Shown piece after piece: positions 14,335-26,190 of a stretch of DNA of 64,000 bases. Where the stretch lies: assembly GCA_018398765.1 (NCBI GenBank), contig JAHBMJ010000046.1, positions 62,001 to 126,000 on the forward strand. The letters run 5' to 3'. Within the stretch, counting starts at the first letter, position 1, and each line of letters opens with the position of its first letter. The notes under the pieces are model-generated. The model worked only from the letters and a program-made list of their open reading frames with translations, was not told where the DNA came from and did no database searches. Position numbers and translations under genes: made by a program. The stretch is from Chromera velia. Its lineage: Eukaryota.

Positions 14335-14924
14335 TTTTCAAAGGTAATCGAGTCCTTGTATTTTTTCTGATGGGTCACTTTCTTTGACTGCACAAACTTG
14401 TTTCTCTTCAATTTCTGGTCTTTCTTCTCTCGAAAGTTCGCTTTTCTGGGTGGTTTGCAAGGTCAGACGCGCAGTACAAATGCGAGTGGACCCTGTCGTT
14501 ATTTTTCCCCATCTGCTAGAAGGACGCTCCTGTTGATCTCGCGGAGATCTGTGTATCTTGCACGTCGATCGCTTTATTCATATAGATTCGTTTCGAGATG
14601 TTTCGAGTGGTGCGCGCACGGAGACGGCATGAGACGGCCATGCAGACCCGCGGAGACGGCATGCATGCTTGTGTAGACGGCTTGCAAGCGTGCAGCCATG
14701 TGCAGCCTCATGATGCAGTGACGAAAAGAGGAGGTCGACCCTTCATGAGTGCATGGCCGAAACTCTTGCAAATCGTGCAATATGATCGATCATTGCGTAC
14801 GTACGCTACGTACGAGCAGGTGTGTAGGTGTCTGCTGGGGCATTTTTGTCGGACGGGTCTGTTTTCGACATCAAATTTCACAACGTACGAGACGGGTCTC
14901 TTCACAAGGCTCAGGCGAAGGCAG
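14335..14924. promoter_or_regulatory. Putative bidirectional promoter with clustered GAGACGG and TGCATGC motifs
   Basis: Lies between divergent ATGs. At 14621-14668: gagacggcatgagacggccatgcagacccgcggagacggcatgcatgc. Confidence 0.5.
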
Positions 14925-17900
14925 ATGCTCTTCCCACTTCCAGGAAGTATTTGCCGTTTGAGCTGGAGGGGGTCATCAGGTAGCCACTTCCTACGACGCT
15001 CCACACGCTCACCATCGTCCCTCCATATGAGGGGTTCGGGGGCACGAGGATTCGCCAGCAGCGATAGCTCCCAGTATATGAGAGAACGACAGGTACTGGC
15101 ACCTTCCCTCCACGGCCCTCATGAGATGGGGCGCGGCCTGTTGGCGCCGGCCAGGCGTGCAGCAGTAATCTCCCACGGAGGACGAGGAGGCTTTCCGATC
15201 ACTGAGCAGCTGTGGTCTGCGGCAGCGAAGGCGGGGGAGCTCGGAGACGGCGGTCTGAAATCTGCGTGTGCGAATGCCGTCTCCGTCTCCGCAGTCTCGT
15301 GGAGTGAAGGAGACGGCAGCTTCAAAAGAGGTGTCATAGAGGGGAGGGTGTTAGAGGGGGGTGGGACTCAAGTGTATCCCCACTGTTCGCTAAGGGATCG
15401 TGTTTTCATTTCTCATGCATTTACAGGCAGGGAGTTCGGCCCCGCACAGGCCTTCCATGGCTCCACGCTCTTGGTAGACGCCACCTTTTTTTTCTCGTCG
15501 GCTCCCTCCCCTGGAGACGGCAGCGCTGTGATTCTCCCCGTCTCTTTTGAGAGGCTGCAGAGTGTGCTTAGAAACGGTGTTGAGTCTGTGCGTCGATGCA
15601 ATTTGGATCGCGACCTTCCGAAAGCCCAGGGGGAAAACACAACGATTGAGTGGATGTCGAAGTATCTGTGGGAGGAGATTGTGAGCAGTTGGAATCAAAG
15701 AGAGGCTCCAGAGTGCAAAGAGACGGGGCAGCACTTGGCAGCCCTCTCTGTTGTGATACACGAATCGGACTTGGTCTTCGCGTCTTATGCAAAGGCAATG
15801 GAGGGCGCGTCTGAGACCTTGGAAAAGATAGCAGGCTCCTCGGACTCTAGGAAGATTCGACCCCCTTCGTGTCTGTCAAGCTTTTTGAGAGGCCCCTTTG
15901 GTCTCACCGTGAAAGACCGCGCGCTTGTCGCAAGAGAGACGGCCGAGGGGGGGGGCAAGGAGGGAGCAACTCTCCTTGTTTCTGCATCATTCTTTGCAGA
16001 GAGGCTTAGAGGTACTGGGGAAAGTGAAAGTAAAATTGAAGGGATGGGAGGGCCTCCGCTGAATTTTGTGATTGATGTTGGAGAAGCTTTTTCGTATTTG
16101 CGCAAGACCCTGACTCGTTTTGACTACTCTGATCTCTCGACGCTCCCTCCTTTCCGTGAAAGTGCCGCAGGATGTGCAGAAAGAGTGGGGCTGCAGTCAG
16201 ACTCCTCTGTTGCCCGTTTGGTCTGGGAGTCATTAGTTGAAGAGATGGGGGGGGTGGAAAGTGAAACTTTGAGCGGAATCTCAGGGGTTTCTGTTGAGGT
16301 TGCAGTGTCTGATTTGGAGTCTGCACGTTATTTTGGTTCCCTTTGTTTGGGAGAAAAGTCAAAGCCTGCTGCTGGGGGTCTGCCTGCAAACATTGAAAAT
16401 GTTGTTGTGGACACCGAGGGTTTGCTTCGGATATTACATGAATCTGAGAGAGGGGAAAGAAGGGAAGATTTGACTGGGTGGACCCCCTCGTCCAGTGCCG
16501 CACCCCTGTCACTTCTCCTCAAAGTTCTGGACCGATTACAGCGAGACGCAGGAATTCGTTTGTCGAGTTGGGTCCCGACAGAGTCGAAAATTTCACTTTT
16601 AGAAAGTCGAGAACGTTGGTTGGAGAGACTGGGGAAGTGCGACTCTTCAGTAAAGCAAACAGCCTGCCGTCTGTTCAGTGAGGAGTGGGAAGGAACCAGG
16701 AGGGCACCGGATGCGGACACGCTTTTTGTTCGTGCAGCAGGACCGGATCATGTAGAATCATCGGGAGATGGTCTGACTTTTTCTGTGTCCACTCTGAAGG
16801 ACCTGCAGGCTCTTTCTGCTTGGCTGGCAGGGGCAGTTGCCCCCCCTCCACATCTGTCGGGGGCTATAGACAGACTTGAGGGCGAGAGGTGGACCCTAGA
16901 ACCTCACGTTTATCTTGAGGCGAAAGCAAAGACGGACGCACACGCTTTCAATGAGGACGTATGGGATCGATTTACGGGAGAGATTAGGGGTGCAGAGTTG
17001 GGGCCTCTGGGGGTTCTCCGCGGAGGGGAGGGGGAAGAGAAAGAGGCTGTGGAAGGCTTTGCGGTTCTCGATGTTGGTGCGGGCAGGCTGTCAATGTTTT
17101 CGCGTCTTTCTGCGGTTTGGGGCTCTTTGCAGACAAAGGGAAGGGGGGATGTGCTGCTCTATGTCGCAGTTGAGAGAGACGAAAATACCGCAAAGGTAAG
17201 CAGCAAAGGGATTGCGAATCTGTGAGGGTGAGTGACACGAGAAGTCCAAAAATATGCTTTCTCCCTGGAAAACAAACGCTGTGCTGGTTGCTCCCCCCTC
17301 GTTCTTCATTTTTGCCTCTTCGATCCCCACGATTTCTCTGCGTTTATTCATCCACCAAAAGACTTCTCAAACTCCAACTTTACCTCCACTGCTGTTGTTT
17401 TTTCTTTCAGGCGGCATGCGACTTTCTGGGATCCCTACCGGGAGTCAAGGAGGGCGGCTGGCAGTTTGAGGGGGGAGAGATGTCAAGGAGCCGTTTGTTT
17501 GAGAAGAGGGACCGAAGAGGCGATACTCTACTGGCAGTAGTCAACAAGAGTGCAGATCAGGTGGCAGAGACTCTCTCTGGATGGAGAAGTCTCGGGAAGG
17601 GGGTCCGAGTTGATGCCGTAGTCGGCTGTTCTGTTGCCGACCTTTTCGGACCGCGTGTTCTTCCCGAAATTCTTAAACGAGCCGCACCAGGTAGGCAGCC
17701 ATGCAGATCGCTCGATGTCTTCTCTTCTGGGTTCATACTACTCGTGTGTGACTGCTCTTGGTTTGTCTTCCTACCCAAACATGGTGCTAAGATCTTCTGT
17801 CTGCAAATCTGCAGTAGCCTCGGCGTTTGGTTTCGCCATTTTGAGGTTTACCCTCAACTGCACTCAGCTCTCCTCACTCACTCACCCACGCTCTCTTTCT

Positions 17901-19942
17901 TTCAATCCGTTTCGTCGATTCCATGAGTGCTCTCTCTCTCTCTCTCTCTCTTTGTGTGTGTGTGTGTGTGTGTGTCCTGCAGGGGCTCTCGTCTACCTTC
18001 CCATCTCCTTTGAGGGCAGGACAGCAAGGGAGCCGGCGTTCGAGGGAGACGGCCTTGTGCCCAGCGATCGGCAGGTGGGAGAATCAAAATGCATTGATTG
18101 ACAAAGGGAAGGGGAGAGTGGAGTCGTACGCGCGTTTTGAGTGTCATATCAGTGGTATCCCTCAACTTATTTTCCTTTCCTTTCCTTTGTTCATGAATTT
18201 GTCCTCTTCCTGTCAGTCCATTCGGCTGGCTGGCCTCTCTGGGAAAACTTCTTTCGTTCGCTTCGCTTCCACCGTTGACTCAATCTGACGCGGTTGGCTT
18301 GCAAGTCGGCTTATTCCGCCTCCTTCTTGCCCCCTTTGTCGCACATTTGGGCACTATACTGCCTTTTGAGTGACTGTTCAAATGGACACCTGCAAATTCT
18401 CTCTCCCGCACTAGCTCTGCAGGTGGCTGCAACCTACCACGCGGCTCTAAAATCGGGAGGGCAGTTCTTCGGGGAGGGCGTCCTGCAAGGGGAGCTGGAG
18501 AAGGCAGGCTTTCAAATCCTAGCGGAAGGTTAGGCGAGGATCATACAAGAGAGAGAGACAAAAAGAAGAAACGAAGGATCCGAAGGAAATTAGAGGCTTT
18601 AGGGGTGCGATTGGCGTTTGAAATATCCCTCTTCTCCAACTCTCTCCGCAGTTTTGTTGATTGGCTTTCTCAACAGTGTATCGGGACTTCTTTTGCTCCA
18701 GAAATCAACCCGCATTGGTCGGAATTTGAGATAACTACAGCGGTGCGACTTTTGTTTGTCTCACGTGGATCTTCTGACATTGACCGATCCGTCCATCGTC
18801 CTCTGTCTGTCTTTTGTCTTGCCTGATTGCCTGTCTCCCTCTGCTCCCTTCATTGCGTTGATTACTGCAGGAGAGTCTCCTTGGAGGGTAGAGACAGATG
18901 TGAACCCTGAGATGTGCAGGGCTTTGACGCATTTTGTTGGGATGTCTGTGGGACCGCAGCTGTTTGCAGAGGGGTGGGACTTTGTGGGCTGGCTCTCAGC
19001 GCACGCAGATGGGAGCTCGTGCTCGTCGTTTGTGATTGCCAACAGAGACGTCCTTGCAAGGGCTCCGGCAGGTTGGTGGAAGGAGAGATAACAACTCGCA
19101 CATGGGCAGAGGGAGCATCATGAAGCGGCGTTATTGGAAGTAATTTCAATGTTGAATCGAGCTTGAAATCTTCGATAGTCATATGATTCATTTCTTCTTT
19201 CTTATACTTTGTTATGGACAGAAATTGCGATAATCAGCCAAGAGAAAATGCCGATTGATTGATGTGGGTGCAGAATCAGAAGGGGGGCATAAAGCTGTGG
19301 TCTTCACTGGACCCCGGCAGGTCTCCGTTGGGCCCCCGCCGGCCCCGGCAACTGAGGTTCTCGAGCACGACGAGGTCTGTCTTTCTGTGTGTGGGGGTGG
19401 CTACGTCTGTGGTGCTGTTTTTCAGCTGCTGGTGCTCCGAGTTGTGCTTCTTTCGTAGGGAACATTCTTGGACTTCTACTTCTTTTTTTTTCCGTTTTTA
19501 TTTCAACTTCTGTTCCCTCTTGATGAATACTCCCAGTGTCAATTACTTCAAACAGAGAAAGCAAGATGCGAGCAAGCAAACAGACAAGTAAGCAGACAGA
19601 TGCAGCTAGACACAAATAAATAAGGTCATTTTGGCCCTCCGTTGGGTCCATCCCTTTCCGTTCTGTGCAGTTTGAGGCTGTGGCAGAGGCGTCGTGTATC
19701 AGCAGCGGCACCGAGATGAACGTCTTTAGGGGAGAGATCGACAACGAAGGTGCTGCTTGGAAGTTGGACGAGACGATCAAGGGGTTGGATGCGGAGACGG
19801 GTGGAGAGGGGGGAAGTGCGTGGCCTGTTTCTTATGGATATTGTTGGACAGGCAGAGTCGTTCGGTCAGCACTCATTTCATGTGACGTCACAGGAAGTAG
19901 TCACCTTGACCCTCTTTCTTCATGGGTCCCGCGCGCTGCACC

Positions 19943-20009
<67 letters not shown>

Positions 20010-22090
20010 TGCGTGCGTCTTCCCGTCATCCATTTTCTAAACAACGCCAGAATTGTCTGACATCCGACGCAGTCGACATTGAGTGCTTTTCCCTGCAATG
20101 GCCCGTTCCTCTGCAATGTCCAACGAATTCTCTTGTGAGATAAGTAAGCAGCAGAGTTTTGGATCTGACATGTTGTTTTTCCTTGTCTTTCCACGTAATC
20201 TCTTTTCTCCCTCTCTGTCTCCTCTGACTGCTCTCTTCTCTCTCTTCGCTCCATGCAGAAGAGGTCGCGGAGTTTCTGAGGACCTTCTTGGCAAGCGCGT
20301 CTTCGTCTTCGCGCCTCACGGAAACAAAGCCAGAGCGCGTGGCCCAATTCTCTTGTCATCACTGCACCGGGAGAGCGACAGAGTGGGAATGGGAGAAGGA
20401 GACAAAGGAGGGTCTGGAGAAGGATTGACAGGGAGGCAGTGGGGGGCCCTGGAGATCCCCGAAGGTCTCTCCTTCGAGGACGCTTGCTTCCTTCCGGCAG
20501 CAGAGACGGCAGTCTCGTTTGCACAGGTGAAGAGGAAGAGGGTGGCGGATATCTTTTTCCTTTTCATTGGTCCGAACGTTTTTGTTTCGTTGCCCAGGAG
20601 ATGGCATTGAAATTTCCCTTCAATTGGATCGAATTTCTCTCTTCATCCCGCTAGTCCTTTTTTGGTGTCTCTGTGGCGTGTTTCTCGTTGCTGCTTTTTG
20701 AGCCTCAGCTCTCCTCTCGGCTTTCGAGTCATACATCGCTGGCAATTTCCCTTTTTGTGTTACGATGCAGGACGCGTCTCTGCTCCCCGGAGAGAATGTC
20801 GCTGTAGTGGGTGGAGGAGTAGTTGGAGCACTGACGGTTGCCGCCCTGAAACGTTCCGTCGGAGGTGCCGTTGGGTCCCGGGTGAGATGCGTGGAGCCAC
20901 AGGAGAGACGCAGACGTGTTGCCAGGGCCTGTGGAGCAGATGAGTGCCTGAGTCCGACAGAGTCTGTCTATCCCTCACGGCCGTTTGATGTCGTGATTGA
21001 AGTTTCGGGGCGGACAGAGGGACTCGGCTGGGCCCTACGTCATACAGCAAAGGGGGGAAGGGTCGTGATGGGTTCTTGGTATCCTTCGGGGAGGGGAGCT
21101 GGGAGGGGGGCAACAGAGGCTCCTCAGCTGCCTTTGGGTATTCCAGACGTCCATCGTTCGCATTTGACTTTGAAGGTCCGTTTTCAGTGAGGCAGCCGTC
21201 CATAGTCTTTTCTCCCCGCTCGGGGGCGACTGCGTTCTCTCTCGTCTTTCCTCTTCTTTCCTTTGCTTTTCTGCTTCCGGGAAGGGGGGCCGTGTAGGCT
21301 GTGCGCTGTACAGACTGGTCAGGGACATCTACCATTCAAGAATTTGTCGAGCCAAGTCAGGCAATATAGATCGCTTTATTCAACGCCTGTCAGCGAGTGG
21401 GTGGAGTAGTATTTTTGCGTGTGGATGTCGGCATCAACTAGCCGCATGGAGGGACCAGGCTTCACTTTTCTGTTATTTCTTTGTTGGTTTCTCCTGATTT
21501 TTAGTGAAATACGCTGAATGCGCCCGAGCTCTGTACGCATGTTTATTCGTGTTTCTTCACGAGTGTGCATGCAAATCGTTTGTTCCATTTCTTGTGTGAT
21601 GGATCGATCGGGCCTTCCTGCCTGCCTGCGTGTCTGTCTTGAGTCGCGTAGCCGACAGCTGTTCTTAATTCATGCACCTGTCGGGTCCAGGTGGTATGCA
21701 CATCGGCACTCAGCCGTACAAACCAGTCTGAGACCAATGCGACGATCAACCCAAAGTCTTCGGAGACGGCAGCCATTGATGAGCAAAGTGCGTGTGGCGG
21801 TATCAAAAAATGCCGACCGGCCTCCCTGCCGTCCCCCCCTTTGCGGCTGTGTGCAGTTCTCCCAAGTCTCCGAGATACCTCCTGGTCTTGGAGGTGGGGT
21901 GTGGAGGTGGACGAAGGAACGACGGTTCAACCTGGCATGGCGGCTTCTTCTTGATTTGAAGCCGGCGTCCGTATTCTCCAACGAAGGGGCACTTGCAAGG
22001 GCGTCCTTTGAGGATGCAGCGAAGGCTTATGAAGCGGTAGACAAGGGAGGGGTAGAAGCTCCTGTCGCGTCCCTTTTTTTCTACACGTGA
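14925..22090 (+). CDS. 10-exon ~1383-aa fusion: presequence + 2x PTPS/QueD-like (T-fold) + HAD-like remnant + class I SAM methyltransferase + MDR (Zn-ADH-like) dehydrogenase
   Basis: Exons 14925-17195, 17411-17690, 17983-18074, 18423-18528, 18871-19071, 19274-19374, 19671-19864, 20259-20526, 20771-21175, 21857-22090 are all GT-AG, phase-consistent and total 4152 nt. Motifs: RDRVFISHAF..FGPAQAFHGSTLLVDATF; YLEAKAKTD..VLDVGAGR; SCISSGTE, YGY, VVGGGVVG, DVVIEVSG, GSWY, SQVS. Confidence 0.85.
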
Positions 22091-23119
22091 GGCCTTTGAT
22101 TCTCAGCAGCCCGGCAACTTAACGTGGCAAGGCTCGAATTCAGTAATCCAAGTTCCGCGTATCGACCCTTTTGACAGTCATGGTGGTTTATACTACTAGC
22201 ATTAATCTGCCATTAATTAAGTTTAAATTGTAATCGATAGGTATCGATCCAGGTATCGATAGGGCAAATGTACATAGATGTCATTAGGTGAAAATCAATC
22301 TTGCTTTTATTTGTATGTGAGCTGGCTTTTTAAGTAAATGAATCGATTTGTTCTTAATTAGATGTGTTCTTTTATCAGTCTTCACAGTGTATAGCATAAA
22401 AAATTAACTTGTAAGTTGTAATAAAAGCAGGTTAAATTTCCTGCCAGTGGGGATTAATTTAGGAATTAATTCAGTGAAATTTAAGGAAAATTATATATGG
22501 AATGTAAAAGTTAGTTTGAAGGACTTTAGTCTAGACTTTAGAAACAATATCGACTTTAGTATAGTTTTAAGTAGAATTTGCTCTTTTGGGTCGGCAAAAT
22601 TTACCATATTAACTCATATCCAGATCTATATTGTAACTATTATAGTTATAAGCCGATATCTGGGAGTAGACCACAGGAATTTTTGAAACATAAAATCCTA
22701 TGCTTAGTAGTATGCTATCCTGTATATATGTAGAAACCACTCCTAGTTTAGTTCCTAATGCTATAGATGGATGCATGCAGTACAAAAAATTAATTGAAAA
22801 AAATAATTCTGGTCAAAGCTAGTTTACTAAATTTAGCCTAACTAGCGTCATTCCTGCGTCAAGTTCTGTTAAAACTTTAGAGATTGAGATATAAGTTGAG
22901 ATATCAGTTTATGACTAGACGTATGACAACTTTAGATCGACATGACTTCAAAATTGATGACAAGTCTAGTGACAAGTGTGGTGACAATCCTGAAGGCTAG
23001 TCCTGAATTAAGGGCCATTCCAGGCTTTTCTCTTCCTTCTTCATTAATGCTTGTGTTATTTCTTCCTCTTCTGCCGCCTTTTGCTTCTTGCCTCTTGTCA
23101 CACATCTGTTACTGCCTGC

Positions 23120-23790
23120 ATCTGTAGTCACACGCACGCCATTCGAGCACCCCTCTCTACTGTACTATCGATATAGTACTTCTCCTTTCCGCCTAGCTAG
23201 AACCTTGACGCCGCACCAAGTCATATCGAGCCATCTGAGCATGCGTGTGACAACATGCACGAAACCTACATGTAGAAGAAAGAAAAACGAAAGACAAACG
23301 AGAGGCACAAACAAAGAAAGAAGCGAATCAAACGCGACTTACAAAAGCCAGAGAGGCCGTCGGCATTTGGTGCTCTCGAGACTGGACGAAACTGGAACCA
23401 CTCAGATAGTTATCGGAGAGCTCCCCCCTCCACGCAGACGATTTCCAAAAGAAAAAGGATTTCAGGGGGAAACGACGGCCGGCGCTTTCCGCCGTGACGC
23501 CATCAGACAGTCAGACAGGCAGGCAGATAGTCGGTCAGTCACTCAAAAGACTTGCAGGAAGCACCAAAGCAGCACAGAATGAAGCGATGACTTGTGTGCT
23601 TTTCGCTGAAAGTGTTTTTGAATTTATCACGCTTCTGATTTTCTTTTTCGTCATTGTGTTCCTTGCTCTGCTTTTCCTGCAATTGTGTTTTCCCATCAAA
23701 GATTCAACAGACCGACTGAGAGATGGGAACAAGAGACAGACAAATTAAGAGACACGAAGGCAAGCAGGCAAAGAGACAGGTAGACCAACA
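23120..23790 (+). repeat. Left arm of diverged long inverted repeat (partner 29480-30150)
   Basis: Blocks such as cgacttacaaaagccagagaggccgtcggc, ccacgcagacgatttccaaa, acggccggcgctttccgccgtgacgcc and acttgcaggaagcaccaaagcagcac..aatgaagcgatgactt match the reverse complement of 29600-29900. Confidence 0.85.
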
Positions 23791-24158
23791 GGCAGACAAG
23801 CAGATGGATCAACATGGGTCCTACCTCAAGTAACCTTCACATGCAGTCGGTGCCTCCTCCTTCTCCCCTTCTCTCTGAGAGGCGAGCCCCCCTTAATTGG
23901 CATCTCTTCGCCAATTTTGGTTTCCTCTGCAGACCCAAGGCAGCGCTCAGTGTTTCATCAATCAGACTTGGCCGATTGGAATGTCGAAATATTAAGCGAG
24001 CGACTTCGGATGACTTCAGGCAAAGATGACTTATGGGGTCATGCACACGCAATCGAAGGAGGTATGTATGGTATCGAAGAAGTCAGTATCTTCCCTCCGC
24101 AGCTGCCGGCCCCCTTCTCTTCCACCCAGGATGCAGACAGGTGTATGAATGAGGTCGG

Positions 24159-26110
24159 TCAGCGCTGTTCCCACCCCGTGACGAGACACTGGCGCAGAGT
24201 ATCGCAGTGCACATTGGGGAAGCTGGCCGCAACTCCAGTGAAACGAAGGTGAGACCAGTTCGGCAAGGAGAGGGCGACACTACATCCTCTAACGACGTTG
24301 TGATATTCTTTCGACTTCTCTTTCCTCTCACAGGAATCCCAGAAAACCTTTCCACTGATGCTGAGGAATCCGAGCTCGACGTGTGAGGAGGAAAGGTAGA
24401 CGGCGTTGGAGAGGGTGATCTTGTCGGTATGAACGAATTCCTTCTGCCCGTCAGGCTGTGCTTGTTCCAAGCGCTGAACGATCGAAAGGACCTTCAGATC
24501 GCTCATTCGGACCTGCAGACAGGATCGAGAACAAGTTCACCATGATGACACACATAAGACAATTGAGGAGAGACAGCAAGCTCGCCATTTTGTGTTCCGT
24601 CTCTTCGTTGGCAAACAGGATCAGTCTAAAATCAGATCAAGTGGGCGAAGCGCGTGTCCTTGCCGGCCTCGAAAAAAGGGGTTTCCCAGCTGGATTGTTA
24701 ACATAGAAGAAAGCAACAAAAAAGAGAGAAGTCTCCGTACCTTCAGATTCGCACAAGGCTTCGCAGGGACTTGCTTTGAGACCGGAGAGTGCTGCATGCC
24801 GGTCACGCAGACGGAAATGAGGAAACAGCCGTAGTCTTCCTCGCTCAGGGTTCTTGGGGCCCGGTAGGGAAGAACGCGAGCTTTCAAACGGGACTCGCCG
24901 TGAAGGAAGATGTCGAAAGCTTGGTTCGCGTTCACGGCAGTACGAATCGTCTCGTAGCGTGACAAGACTTGCAGAGGACGTTGAGCGGGCGGTTGGAGTG
25001 TTCTCTGAAGCTTGCAGGCTTCAAGAGGACACTGGGGGTAGACGCCTTCGACCATGTACAGCTCGTACTGGCGGGCAAGAACGGGCTTCTTCGCCAGCAG
25101 GCGCTGCTTCAGGTTGGCATCCACATCCAGGTGATCGATCATGCGATGATGACACCAGAGGTGCTCACCGACAAGAAGCAGCGGGTCGTGCTCGCCGCCC
25201 CCGATGGTGTACTGCGTTTCGATGGACGCCACCTTCTTCTGCGTAGAGCAGAAGGCCTCGTAGTGACCTTGCACCGACTGTTCACTCCCCGCAGCGCCTG
25301 CGCTGAAAAGACCCTCAATGCTGATGCCCCCTCCAGCATCATTTCTGCGTCCCTGCACCTGTCTGCTAGTGAAGGCTGCACCCTCAGTCTGCTGCAGACC
25401 GAGTTTGTAGTGTCTGTCCAGAGAGCCGCAATGGCCTCCCATGGGCACGTGCGTACCGATGATCTCAGAGAAGGCCTTTCTGTAGGCTGGATGGAGAGTA
25501 TTCGGATTCGAAGGAAACGGAAGAGAGTCCAGGGTCTCGACGTAGAAATTGGAAGGAGTCACCATCAGACGGCGTGCTTCCGAGGTGTCTGGAATCAACT
25601 CGGCCTTGACAACCAGGGTCTGCTTCTTCGACGCTGTTTGGACGAAAGAATGGAGAAGGGTGCGGGACCTGGTGTTGGTCATGCTCTCAGAGGCTGCTGC
25701 AGAGGCGGCGAGGGAGAGACCGTCAAGAGAAATCCCCATTCCTCCTGAAGAAGAGCTGACCATGTTCTCCATGTCAGTCACGGTCTTCTGTGAGAAGTCC
25801 TGGATCTCTCTGAAGGTGCTGACGGTATCTGTGAACGCCTTTCTCGTGTCGTAGAAGGTGCCTCCAGGAGGGAAAAATTGTCCCCTTCCCTGCACTCAAG
25901 AATACCGACACAGACAACCAGTAAGTGCGTCTGATCGCATCGTTAAATGCACATCCCTCCTGAAGACCACGCGCAGTCTTTGAGCATTTTTTCGCACCTT
26001 TCCATGTTTTTCTCTGTCTGAACGTTCTATCTGATTCTCCAAGCGGTCTGTACTTCCCCTTTTCCGTACACTCAGTCGGAAATTTTCTGGCAGGATGGCA
26101 ACGAAAACAC

Positions 26111-26190
<80 letters not shown>

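Noticed and set aside
14598..14924. N-terminal extension of the 875-aa ORF
   Set aside because: Overlaps the motif-rich divergent promoter and is not protein-like; ATG 14925 gives a coherent presequence.
22900..22990. Short TGACAA repeats as a CRISPR-like or iteron array
   Set aside because: Too short and irregular, eukaryotic context; probably a decayed repeat end.
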